Origin: an uncultured bacterium
Lineage (GTDB): Bacteria; Patescibacteriota; Microgenomatia; Levybacterales; UBA12049
Assembly: GCA_963826535.1 (NCBI GenBank)
Contig: CAWGXL010000008.1
Span: 2,679-66,678, forward strand
Direction: 5' to 3'
Length of the DNA: 64,000 nt
A model generated the notes under the pieces. The model did not search any database. It worked only from the letters and a program-made list of their open reading frames with translations, and was not told the DNA's origin. Positions 1 to 9,272 of this stretch are shown piece after piece; position 1 is the first letter of the stretch; every line of letters starts with the position of its first letter. Position numbers and translations under genes: made by a program.

Positions 1-300
1 GACATAAAGAATTTTGATACTCATTGTCCTATATACTACAGAAAAGAAATACTAAAAAAAATTAATGTTGATTGGAATAAACCGCATGGCTATTGCATAA
101 AATCTATGTATTGTTATTTGGCAGGAATTGAAGGAACAGAATATCCGGATCTGAAAATCAGGAATTGTTTAGATGAAGAAAAAATAAAAGAACTGATTGC
201 AGGGAGGGAATATTTTTCAACGGGGAACCATGCTATCAATAGACCGATGATTAATATTTTAAATAGTCTTTATCCTGAAAAAAGTAAATATGAAATATAA
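1..300 (+). CDS. 3' end of a Stealth-like (hexose-1-phosphotransferase) protein; begins before the window
   Basis: Frame open from base 1 (DIKNFDTHCPIYY...); THxP motif and C-terminal LNSLYPEKSKYE resemble Stealth CR3/CR4. Confidence 0.5.
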   Translation, partial: DIKNFDTHCPIYYRKEILKKINVDWNKPHGYCIKSMYCYLAGIEGTEYPDLKIRNCLDEEKIKELIAGREYFSTGNHAINRPMINILNSLYPEKSKYEI

Positions 301-438
301 AGAGATTGAAGTTATAAATAATCAATTTAAACATCCCATACGCCAAGTGGTTATGATTTTAATAGTAGGTTGTTTAATTGGTGTTGCCTTAAGTGCCGTA
401 GCATTCTTAATTGCGAAGGTTTCGCATTTTATAGGATT

Positions 439-1098
439 ATGAATCATAAAGACTGGTTAGATAATGAATATAAATTATGGGTAGAAGCCCTGCAAACTTC
501 TACAGTATATAATTTCAAAGAACATCGACAGGTAAAAAGAATGTTAGGAGAAGTTGACGGTAATTTATTCTTTATTGGCTTTTTAAATAAAGACTTATAT
601 AATACTTTGGTTGAAATAGATAATATCGGTCGGTTACATAGTTACTATTTATCCGGGGCTTGTATTCGTATGGTTTATTATGCTCAAAAAGTATTAAAAT
701 CAAATCCTAAAAGCATTTGTGAAATAGGCGGAGGCGTTGGGCAGTTTTACGCAGTGCTACGGGCTTTAGGATATGAAGGGCGTTACTACATTTATGATCT
801 TCCAGAAGTGAAGAAATTCCAAAAGAAGTATTTACAGGAAGTGGAGAATATGACCGGGCTCAAACTTCCTTTGGTAAAAAGTAATTATGAAATGTGTTTA
901 AGTTTTTATGCTTTAGGTGAATTTGATGATGCAACAAAAGAGTGGTATATAGAAAATGTTGTAAATAAATGTGAACATGGTTTTGTGGTATGGAGTGCTC
1001 ACAGTGGGGCAAGTAATGAGGTAAATTTTAAACACAATCTTATTATAAGGCCTGAGAAGCCGCTAACTTTAGAAAATAATTTGCAAATTAGATGGTGA
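439..1098 (+). CDS. Putative sugar O-methyltransferase (SAM-dependent)
   Basis: ICEIGGGVGQ motif I, YYIYDLPEV, LSFYALGE; ATG at 439 preferred over TTG at 370. Confidence 0.75.
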   Translation: MNHKDWLDNEYKLWVEALQTSTVYNFKEHRQVKRMLGEVDGNLFFIGFLNKDLYNTLVEIDNIGRLHSYYLSGACIRMVYYAQKVLKSNPKSICEIGGGVGQFYAVLRALGYEGRYYIYDLPEVKKFQKKYLQEVENMTGLKLPLVKSNYEMCLSFYALGEFDDATKEWYIENVVNKCEHGFVVWSAHSGASNEVNFKHNLIIRPEKPLTLENNLQIRW

Positions 1099-1117
1099 AT
1101 GAAAAAGCTAAACCCCT

Positions 1118-1681
1118 TTGGAAAACATGGACGCACATATAGAATTTATAAATGAGTTATTTGATTATAAGAACTTCCTAAAATATAGCAATACTTTAAT
1201 CGAGACGGGTTGTGCATGGGGAGATGGAGTGCAACGGGCTTTAGATGCAGGATTTAAAAAAGTGATAAGCATTGAGGCCAGTAATAAGTATTTTATTCAT
1301 TCCAAATCGAGATTTAATTCTAATGTAAGTATTTTACTTGGCGAGTCTAAAAAAGTTTTGCCTAAAATACTAAAAGGGAAACCATTAGTATTTTTTTTGG
1401 ATGCTCACCCTTCCGCTACGGATAGTTATGGGTATACAGAATGGGCAGCTACACAAGCAAATATCCAGGACAATATTATTAAGGCGGAACTTGGAATAAT
1501 CTTAGCCGACTATAACAAGCATATAATTATAATTGATGATATGCAGGGCTTAGATGAGTTTTCGCAAAGGTATATTGATATGATTTTAAAGGTTAATTCT
1601 GATTATCAGTTTAAATTCTATGATGAAAATTTAAGCGGCAATAAGTTTTATAAATCTAAAATATTGGCAGCGATTACATAA
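1118..1681 (+). CDS. Class I SAM-dependent methyltransferase (glycan-associated type)
   Basis: LIETGCAWGDG, ISIE, FFLDAH, IIIDD motifs. Confidence 0.75.
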   Translation: MENMDAHIEFINELFDYKNFLKYSNTLIETGCAWGDGVQRALDAGFKKVISIEASNKYFIHSKSRFNSNVSILLGESKKVLPKILKGKPLVFFLDAHPSATDSYGYTEWAATQANIQDNIIKAELGIILADYNKHIIIIDDMQGLDEFSQRYIDMILKVNSDYQFKFYDENLSGNKFYKSKILAAIT

Positions 1682-1683
1682 AT

Positions 1684-1712
1684 AAAAAACCGCCTTACCT
1701 TGGATAAGGCGG
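1684..1712 (-). terminator. Intrinsic terminator on the minus strand (possibly bidirectional)
   Basis: ccgcctta/taaggcgg stem with A6 on the plus-strand 5' side. Confidence 0.65.
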
Positions 1713-1785
1713 GACACGGCTATATTTCAACTTCCGTGATTTTAATGAATAGTAGATCCCTCGCCAAGATTTACAAATATAGTAA

Positions 1786-3971
1786 ATGAAATTATCTTTT
1801 AGCAAATTAGGGAACTACGGGCGTTTCGGGAACGGATTATTTCAAGTGGCAAGTGTTTTAGGAATGGCTACATACAAAGCCGAAGCCGTATTTCCCGAAT
1901 GGAACTATGAAAAATATTTCGTAAAACTTCTGCCTCATGGTGAACAAGTAAAAAACCAGGTAATAGAGAAGCACTTTCATTATCATGATTGGGAGCTTAC
2001 AGAGGATAGTGATTTACTTGGTTACATGCAATCAGAAAAATATTTTGCATGGATAGAAGATAAAATAAAAGAGCAATTTACCTTTAAACCGGAAGTGCTG
2101 CAATCTGTAAAAGATAAATTTCCAAACCTGTTTGATAAAGAAGTTATTTTAATACAGATCCGAAGGACTGATTATGTTGGTTGTCCTCACTACTGGCAGT
2201 TACCAGTAACATATTTTATCCGGGCTCTCATAGAATATTTTCCCAATTACCAGGATTATAATATTGTTTTTATTAGTGATGATATTGCTTATGCCAAAGT
2301 ACATTTCGAATGTTTACCTAATGTTACGTTTGCAGATATACCGGATTATGAACAGATGGCACTTGCTACACTTTGCACACATTTTATAATTGCAAATAGT
2401 TCCTTTGGATGGTGGGCAGCATGGTTAGGTGAAAAACCCAATTCTAAAGTAATACATTCAGGCAGACTTCATGCAGGCAAGCTCTTGGAAAAATCTAATG
2501 AACAGGATTATTACCCTGAAAGATGGCTGGAATTTAAACGGGAAGATTATAAAATTGATTTAAATGATGTCACATTTACTATCCCGGTTTTTTTTGATCA
2601 TTCAGACCGCAAGCAAAACTTAGATTTATCTGTGTGTATTTTACAAACAAACTTTGAAACTAATATTACTATAGGAGAACAGGGTGGGACTAAGTTTGAA
2701 TATATGAGCAAGTGGTTTAAATATATTCATTTTGATTTTCCATACTTTCATCGTACAAAGATGCTTAATGATATGGCTACTGCTGCAAATACGCCTTATT
2801 TAGCCAATTGGGACGCAGATGTTATAATACCACCTTTCCAGATTTATCTGACTGTAGAGAAGCTAAGAAAGGGCAAAGACATGGTATTCCCATATGATGG
2901 ACGTTTTGCAAGGTTACCTCGTAAGGAATGGTTTAAGCCTATTGAGAAAATTCTTGACATAGGCGCAATAGGTGATACAGAACCTAAAGGAAAAAGGGGT
3001 CGTCCTGTTCCCGAAGGTTCGGTAGGAGGCGCAGTATTTTTCAACAAAGAATCGTTCATTGATGGGGGCATGGAAAACGAAAATATGATAAGTTTTGGAC
3101 CTGAGGATGGGGAGCGCAATGACCGTTTTGCAATATTAGGTTTTGATAAAGACAGGGTGGAGGATGCCTCTATCATATTGATCATTGGGTAGGGCCTGAT
3201 AGCTCTCCACGAAATCCGTTTTTCAATTCAAATCATCTTGAAAAGGATAAGATACATACAATGACTTCTGATGAATTAAGACTTTATGTTGATACCTGGC
3301 ATTGGCGACACAAATACACGAGTAATTATTATAAGAGAATAGGATCCGGGAGTGTTAAAAGTGCCAGTGAAGTTTTCAAAGAGTTAAGAAAACATATTAG
3401 GTTTAAAACAATTATAGACATTGGTTGCGGTATAGGTGAGTGGAATGATGGCAATCCAAACTATTTTGGAGTTGATTATAATATACCAAGGAAAAGTTTA
3501 ATGATAGACACTAAAAATTATATAGATATTGATCTTGAAAAAGATGATGCTGTAAGAAATAAAATATTATGGGCAACAGGAAAAGAAAAATTTGATTTGT
3601 GTTTATGCCTGGAAGTCGCGGAACATATCAGCGAAGAAAGATCAGATATTTTAATTGAAATGTTGTGTAATTTATCGGATAAAGTTTTATTTGGTGCAGC
3701 AATACCAAATCAGGGAGGTACGGGTCATATTAATGAACAATGGCAGACATATTGGGCTGAAAAATTTGCATCTAATAAATTCTATCCTTATAAAACAGAT
3801 ATCAGAAAAGCGTTCTTTAATAATGAAAACGTAGAAATGTGGTATAAAAACAATATGATCTTATTTACTAAAAAAAAATTTAAAATAGATTACCAGTTAA
3901 ATTTTGTGCATCCTGAAATGTTTACTTCTTGTATTCAGCATTATAAGAATCAGTTAAAACAGGTAGTTTAA
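1786..3971 (+). CDS. GT11 (alpha-1,2-fucosyltransferase-like) + GT7C/GT2-like + methyltransferase fusion; one frameshift near 3160
   Basis: GRFGNGLFQ, IQIRRTDY, IANSSFGWWAAWL (GT11); WDADV, GGMENE..SFGPED (GT7C); DIGCGIG, CLEVAEH (MTase). The shifted frame reads GCLYHIDHWVGPDSS...TMTSDE into ORF 3261. Confidence 0.8.
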
Positions 3972-4326
3972 TTTCTAATTCTTTGCCTGTTAAAGCAAAG
4001 TAAAGGTTTTGTAGTTGATGTAGGTATTTAAGTTCAACCCCTTCCATTGAACCATTAAAACTAACTTTAAACCCGTTATCTGTTTTATCTAAGTCTATTT
4101 CATTATTACTAAAATCACATTGTAATCCTTCTGGTTTAAATCCGCATCCTTCTAATATTTCAGGTGTGAGTGGAATGGGATGAACGTGATCTTGAATAAA
4201 TTCATTAATTAAATAAAAAAAACCGTCTTTTACAGACTGTTTTGATATTTTATCAACCTTAATCCAATTATCATTTATAATTGTTGTAATCCAATTCCCT
4301 ATCCGTAATTCTTCTGCTTGTATCAT
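3922..4326 (-). CDS. Small phage protein (ELRIGN...PIPLTPEIL...HQLQNLYFAL family), antisense in the late operon
   Basis: Clear paralog of 7702..8094. Confidence 0.75.
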   Translation of the reverse strand: MIQAEELRIGNWITTIINDNWIKVDKISKQSVKDGFFYLINEFIQDHVHPIPLTPEILEGCGFKPEGLQCDFSNNEIDLDKTDNGFKVSFNGSMEGVELKYLHQLQNLYFALTGKELEIKLPVLTDSYNAEYKK

Positions 4327-4402
4327 ACTTCTAAGATACTAAGTATAAACTTATACTTACCCCTTTTCCTTAGTATTAATTTTAGTCAATCAATTAATTA
4401 TT

Positions 4403-4717
4403 ATGAAAGTAAAAATTATAAAAGATCACTGGACGTATAAAAAAGACGAAGTTATAGATGTGGAAGAAGGCAGGGGTATTTATCTTCTAAAGGTTCATGT
4501 TGCACAAGAAGTTAAAGAGGAACCTGAATTAGATGAGCCGGATGTGGAGCAGGATTGGAACTTGGAAGAACCTAATGAACAGGTTGAATATTTGGCAAAA
4601 GGAAGTGTAGAAGGAATGGAAGATGTTGAATCTGGTAGCGAACCAATGGTAATTAATCCATCCAGTGGCAAACCTGTAACCAAAAAAGCTACAACAACTA
4701 AAAAACGTAAAAAATGA
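4403..4717 (+). CDS. Small acidic head-module protein with ribosomal L9 N-terminal-like start and Lys-rich tail
   Basis: MKVKIIKD..KKDEVIDVEEG..YLL..VA pattern; position just before the head-tail connector. Confidence 0.55.
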   Translation: MKVKIIKDHWTYKKDEVIDVEEGRGIYLLKVHVAQEVKEEPELDEPDVEQDWNLEEPNEQVEYLAKGSVEGMEDVESGSEPMVINPSSGKPVTKKATTTKKRKK

Positions 4718-5313
4718 ATTACTATATAGAAGATTCAGACCTGGCAAAAAGAAACCAGATAATGAGGATTGGTAGCGGCAGCGAGATTGCTTACAATGCC
4801 GTTTTGGATGTGATGTTTTCGGACGAAGAAGAAACCGAACCTGTTTTGCTTGAAGAGGCTAAAGCCTGGTGCAGGATAGATGTAGATGATGACGATAATA
4901 TAATTGAAGAACTTATTACAGCAGCCCGTATCATTTGCGAGCAATATACAAATATTAGTTTTATTCCCCGGACAGTTACAGCAAGATTGAAAAATGAATT
5001 AGGAGGTATTTACCTTCCTTATGGACCTGTTGTCACGGAGGATGATGATCCTGTAGTTTTTACCGATGATGAAGGCGCGGAACAGGCAGAAGACACTTAT
5101 AAAGTTGTAGGTGTGCAGTTCAAAGCAATAAAAACACCTTTTACAGAAATGACAGCTACTTATTCAGCAGGATTTACAACACTGCCTGCTTCTTTAAAAG
5201 AAGCATTACTTAATCAAATAGATTATATGTACTCTTTTAGGGGTAGTGACAGGTCAGCTAAAATTTCTTCTAATGCCTTAGAAGATTTAAATAAAGTTAG
5301 GAGAGTATATTAA
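4714..5313 (+). CDS. Head-tail connector (HK97 gp6/SPP1 gp15-like)
   Basis: EPVLLEEAKAWCRID..DD..IEELITAAR..CEQYT; LKEALL. Confidence 0.9.
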   Translation: MNYYIEDSDLAKRNQIMRIGSGSEIAYNAVLDVMFSDEEETEPVLLEEAKAWCRIDVDDDDNIIEELITAARIICEQYTNISFIPRTVTARLKNELGGIYLPYGPVVTEDDDPVVFTDDEGAEQAEDTYKVVGVQFKAIKTPFTEMTATYSAGFTTLPASLKEALLNQIDYMYSFRGSDRSAKISSNALEDLNKVRRVY

Positions 5314-5380
5314 AAAAAGGTTACCCCTCTGATGATTTGAACAGTGCGCACCAATCAAACCTGTAAGCAAGGGGAAACCG
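5311..5380 (-). ncRNA. Candidate antisense hairpin small RNA
   Basis: Long nested stem (ggttacccc/ggggaaacc, tttga/tcaaa, gtgcgcac apex), T7 tail on minus strand, TATATTTG -7 box at 5391-5384. Confidence 0.45.
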
Positions 5381-5398
5381 ATGCAAATATATAAAGTT

Positions 5399-5656
5399 AT
5401 GTTCACAGACAGATTTATAATGGTTCCTGTTGAGTTATATTCAATAAACGCTGAGCTTATAGGATATAACGAAGATTCCAAAACTAATACTGTACTCGTA
5501 AGAATTAATCCTTTAGATATTTCTATTTATAGAGAATATTCAGAGGGCGGTTTACTCACGGGGGAGACAACAGTTATCTTAAAAAACGGTGAAAATTTTA
5601 TTATTCATATGCCAATTAATGAATTTGAAAATTTACTAAATCACTTTAATAAATGA
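5399..5656 (+). CDS. Hypothetical phage protein inserted between neck genes
   Basis: ORF with stop overlapping the next start. Confidence 0.6.
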   Translation: MFTDRFIMVPVELYSINAELIGYNEDSKTNTVLVRINPLDISIYREYSEGGLLTGETTVILKNGENFIIHMPINEFENLLNHFNK

Positions 5657-6042
5657 CTGGACAACTAAACAGGCGTATAACAATAAAATCATGGACACAT
5701 GAAACCGATGAAGCCGGTGGCGTTTCTTCTGTAGTCGGTGTATCTTATACTATTTGGGCTAAAGTAGAAGCAAGATCAGGCGCTATGTACACAAGTGAAC
5801 AGCAGGCACTATGGAACTATGACTATAAGGTAACATTCAGATATGAAGCCTCCAGAGTAGTAAAATCTAACATGACCATTGATTATGATAATAAGCGGAT
5901 GGCTATTAAATCCATCTCATTTTTAGAGGAAGGAAATAGAAAATTTTGTGTAGCAAGATGTACTACAACAGATGAAAACATTTTACCAGGTGAATCTAAT
6001 TTATTACTAACAGAGGAAGGCGATCATTTAATTCAAGAATAA
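5653..6042 (+). CDS. Head closure / head-tail joining protein (SPP1 gp16-like) with C-terminal extension
   Basis: GQLNRRITI...DEAGG...IWAKVE; tail LLLTEEGDHLIQE. Confidence 0.85.
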   Translation: MTGQLNRRITIKSWTHETDEAGGVSSVVGVSYTIWAKVEARSGAMYTSEQQALWNYDYKVTFRYEASRVVKSNMTIDYDNKRMAIKSISFLEEGNRKFCVARCTTTDENILPGESNLLLTEEGDHLIQE

Positions 6043-6057
6043 TTCGACAAGCTCATT

Positions 6058-6624
6058 ATGGCAGATAAAAAATATACAGAATTAGTTGCAGCTAATTTAC
6101 CACTTACAGGCGCTGAAATTATTGCTTTAGTTCAGAGTGGAGTAAGTAAAAAAACACCTGTATCGAATTTGCCAACAAGCGGAAAGCCAGTTTCTGCAAG
6201 TGTATCAGGTAGTGATTTTACAACTACTTCCAATGTAGCAGCAAATGTTACCGGGCTTTCCATTGCCGTATCAGCTAATAGAAAGTATAGGGTTTTAGCT
6301 TCACTTAATACAGGTTGCAATAGTACAGGAGGTATAAAAATTGGTTTTAATGGTCCTGCAGGGAGTGCAATACTAACAGGTAGTTGGGTAGGGTCAGCAA
6401 CATCGATTTCTAATAACCAACAACTTAAATTTACCACTATGGGGACTCTTAGTGGTACAGCTTTTAATAGGGTTAATTCCGCTAATGGAATAGTAACATT
6501 TATAGGGTATATTACAACATCAGTAACGGCTGGCAATATTGTTATTCAGGTTGCAAGCAGTACAGATACTGAAACATCAACAGTTTTTATAGGAAGTACG
6601 TTTGATTTAACCGAAGTACAATAA
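6058..6624 (+). CDS. Small fibre/decoration-like virion protein
   Basis: N-terminal ADKKYTEL...LTGAEIIALVQSG.SKK motif followed by a Ser/Thr/Gly-rich beta-sandwich-like domain. Confidence 0.6.
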   Translation: MADKKYTELVAANLPLTGAEIIALVQSGVSKKTPVSNLPTSGKPVSASVSGSDFTTTSNVAANVTGLSIAVSANRKYRVLASLNTGCNSTGGIKIGFNGPAGSAILTGSWVGSATSISNNQQLKFTTMGTLSGTAFNRVNSANGIVTFIGYITTSVTAGNIVIQVASSTDTETSTVFIGSTFDLTEVQ

Positions 6625-6625
6625 A

Positions 6626-7147
6626 ATGGGATTCACAATAAATATTGACACAAATAAAGTTAATGTAGCTTTAAAAGGCATTGAGAATAAAGCCAAAACA
6701 TTTATTCAAAAAGAGTTAGAAACCTTTGCGCTCAATGTCGTTAATGATGCCAAAAGGCTGGCTCCTGTTGATGAAGGACACCTAAGAAATTCAATAAGTT
6801 TTAATTCAAAACCTCTGAAAGTTGATGTAGTTGTAGCGGCTGATTATGCCCCGTTTTTAGAATTTGGGACTAAGGCTTTTGCCGCTAAATATGTTTCAAG
6901 TTTGCCGGCAGAGTGGCAAACTTACGCAGCCTCATTTAAAAATAGGATGCCGGGAACTTATGATGATTTTATATTTAGATTAACTGGCTGGATTAAACGC
7001 AAAGGCATTGCAAAGGGAGATGATATAGATCAGATTGCTTATATCTTTGCCCGTAAGATTATGATTACGGGTATTAAACCTCAGCCATTTCTTTATCCAA
7101 GTTTTTCTAAGAACTTAATAAAATTAAAGCAAAGATTAAATGCGTGA
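6626..7147 (+). CDS. HK97 gp10-like tail completion protein
   Basis: AKRLAPVDEGHLRNSI, YAPFLEFGT, KPQPFLYPS. Confidence 0.9.
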   Translation: MGFTINIDTNKVNVALKGIENKAKTFIQKELETFALNVVNDAKRLAPVDEGHLRNSISFNSKPLKVDVVVAADYAPFLEFGTKAFAAKYVSSLPAEWQTYAASFKNRMPGTYDDFIFRLTGWIKRKGIAKGDDIDQIAYIFARKIMITGIKPQPFLYPSFSKNLIKLKQRLNA

Positions 7148-7250
7148 TGTTAATTTTGTTCTTACTTTTTCTGTCATAGCTTTCTCAATAGGCCACCCAT
7201 AAAATTTTCTCGCATGAAACGTGCCGCTTTTTATATTATTTAGTTTTAAA
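7135..7250 (-). pseudogene. Remnant of an HNH-endonuclease C-terminal DNA-binding repeat
   Basis: Minus frame reads LNNIKSGTFHARKFYGWPIEKAMTEKVR (GWxxEKA motif); no start or nuclease domain. Confidence 0.5.
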
Positions 7251-7296
7251 GTATAAAGATAATTTTAGATAACTCATATCTGATTAGTTTTACTCC

Positions 7297-7734
7297 ATGC
7301 GCTCAGTTAATTTCCCTTTAAGAAAAAAGTACTATTCTTTACTTACCGGCATTACTTATAATGATGTATTAGTGCCCTCATTTTATCAAAAAGCTCCAAA
7401 TGATTTGGTGACCGAAAATTATATAGTATTTGGAGAAATAAGTAGTAACGATACTTCAAGTAAGTACAAGGCAGAAACCGAAACTTCAATTAGATTAACA
7501 ATACATACTTATAAAAGTATTTATAATTCCGGCGAATCTGCGGATTCAATCGCTAATGAAATATTTGCAAGAGTTTATCCGAATGGCCAGGTTAATCATG
7601 ACCTTTCGGAAGATAGCTTGCAAGTTGTAAATACAAGGTTAAGTTCTGATTATACACAGAATTATAATATAAATAACGAAAGAGAATATATTGACCGACA
7701 CTTAACATTTACTCACATTATTTTCCATCAATAA
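7297..7734 (+). CDS. Tail terminator (DUF3168-like)
   Basis: Position between gp10 and tail tube; YIVFG motif; size. Confidence 0.75.
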   Translation: MRSVNFPLRKKYYSLLTGITYNDVLVPSFYQKAPNDLVTENYIVFGEISSNDTSSKYKAETETSIRLTIHTYKSIYNSGESADSIANEIFARVYPNGQVNHDLSEDSLQVVNTRLSSDYTQNYNINNEREYIDRHLTFTHIIFHQ

Positions 7735-8094
7735 GTTTACTTCTAATTCTTTGCCGATTAAAGCAAAGTATAAGTTTTGTAATTGGTGCAAATATGTAAT
7801 ATGAATAATCCTATCATGGGTTCCTTCATAATCTATATGAACGTAATAAAAATCAGTATCCAACGAAAGATTTGGGATGGAATAAATACCAAAATCTTTA
7901 TTACACTTAAACCCACAACTTTCAAGTATTTCAGGTGTGAGTGGAATGGGTTTTATATGATCAAATACTTCAATATCTCTTTTTCCTGATTTAAATTCAA
8001 TAGATATACCATTCTCAAAAACCTCTTTTATAGTACAACTATTAAATAGTGCAAATACACAATTTCCAATCCTTAATTCATTTGCTTTTATCAT
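7702..8094 (-). CDS. Small phage protein, paralog of 3922..4326
   Basis: ELRIGN, PIPLTPEILE.CGF, YLHQLQNLYFAL.GKELE shared. Confidence 0.75.
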   Translation of the reverse strand: MIKANELRIGNCVFALFNSCTIKEVFENGISIEFKSGKRDIEVFDHIKPIPLTPEILESCGFKCNKDFGIYSIPNLSLDTDFYYVHIDYEGTHDRIIHITYLHQLQNLYFALIGKELEVNLLMENNVSKC

Positions 8095-8175
8095 AGTAGC
8101 ATAATTAAATCTTTATACAAAGTACAAAATTATGCCTTACCCATTTAAATATTTTTATACCCTAAAATATTTACT

Positions 8176-8610
8176 ATGGCACAACGGAATTTAGATGCAA
8201 CTAATTATGGACTTTTCATTGATCCTGCAGGGGGAACAGACTACAGTATGATAGTTTGTCTTATCTCACAAACACTTAACCGAACTACTGAAACTCTGGA
8301 CTCAGGCTCTAAGTGCGGAGTATCTTCAGGCGCTGGCAAAAAATCAGCAGACGTAAGTTTTGAAGGTGTTTTAGCTCTTGATCCTGATTCGGGTAACATT
8401 TCAGGTTCAGGGCTGCATGATTTGTGGGATGCTTCAACTGTTTTTGGGTGGAAAATTGGCAGGCTTGTCCCTATTGCCGGTGATGTAACTTATTCAGCTA
8501 CCGGGTATTTAACGAGCTTGAGCGATACTTACCCTATCGGTGATGGTACCTTCTCAGGTGCTTTTGCAGTATCAAGCAATATAGTTAAGGTAGTAGAGGC
8601 TGAAAGTTAA
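8176..8610 (+). CDS. Major tail tube protein
   Basis: Position before the chaperone and TMP; DSGSKCG...VSFEG...TFSGAF pattern. Confidence 0.8.
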   Translation: MAQRNLDATNYGLFIDPAGGTDYSMIVCLISQTLNRTTETLDSGSKCGVSSGAGKKSADVSFEGVLALDPDSGNISGSGLHDLWDASTVFGWKIGRLVPIAGDVTYSATGYLTSLSDTYPIGDGTFSGAFAVSSNIVKVVEAES

Positions 8611-8613
8611 TTT

Positions 8614-8955
8614 ATGAGTTACATCAAAATCGAATTAGGCGGCAAAGAAAGGGGTCTAAAATTCAATCAGCTTGCTTTGGAAGAAATGACAAAGCTTTTT
8701 AACTCTGATTCTGCTACGTCTAATATTTATGCAATGTTTTGGGGAGGCTTAAAAGGAAATTCTTTTGTAAAAAGGGAAGAGCCGGACTACAGTTTTGAGG
8801 AAGTTTGTGATTGGGTAGACGAGATTTATGCAACAAAGAGGTTAGACGTAATTATTGAAGTTGAAAAGGCATTGGTTGAAACACAGCTTTATAAAAGTTT
8901 GCTTGAGGTGGAAGATAAGGAAGAAAAAAAAAGCAAACTAAAAAAGATCGTATAA
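8614..8955 (+). CDS. Tail assembly chaperone (gpG-like)
   Basis: IELGGKERGLKF motif; ends at an A-rich slippery tract. Confidence 0.8.
   Translation: MSYIKIELGGKERGLKFNQLALEEMTKLFNSDSATSNIYAMFWGGLKGNSFVKREEPDYSFEEVCDWVDEIYATKRLDVIIEVEKALVETQLYKSLLEVEDKEEKKSKLKKIV
8920..8945 (+). other. Programmed -1 frameshift site producing a gpGT-like chaperone
   Basis: GAAGAAAAAAAAAGC; the -1 frame is open from here into ORF 8970..9272. Confidence 0.65.
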
Positions 8956-8969
8956 CTGATTTATTTGAG

Positions 8970-9272
8970 TTGCATAAATTCTTTTTTGGTGTTTTAGGGC
9001 TTAGCGAATATGAATATTATACCAATTCCCCTTATACAAATTACTGCAAAATAAAAGGGTATGAAGATAAGCAGGAAAGACTTGCATCAATGCTTCGTGT
9101 AGCTTCATACCGCATCCATCAAAGCCTCGTTCAGAAGCCGCTTAATATTAAAGAATATTGGCCTTTGCCCTCTGATAAGATACCACAAGTTCAAAGATAT
9201 ACTGATAAAAAAGAGCCTTTGATAAGCAGGGAGTTGTTGGCGCAAATAAAGAAGGCTCATCATCTCACATAA
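8970..9272 (+). CDS. Tail chaperone extension (gpT-like)
   Basis: No good ATG; -1 frame of the chaperone; precedes TMP. Confidence 0.7.
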   Translation: MHKFFFGVLGLSEYEYYTNSPYTNYCKIKGYEDKQERLASMLRVASYRIHQSLVQKPLNIKEYWPLPSDKIPQVQRYTDKKEPLISRELLAQIKKAHHLT

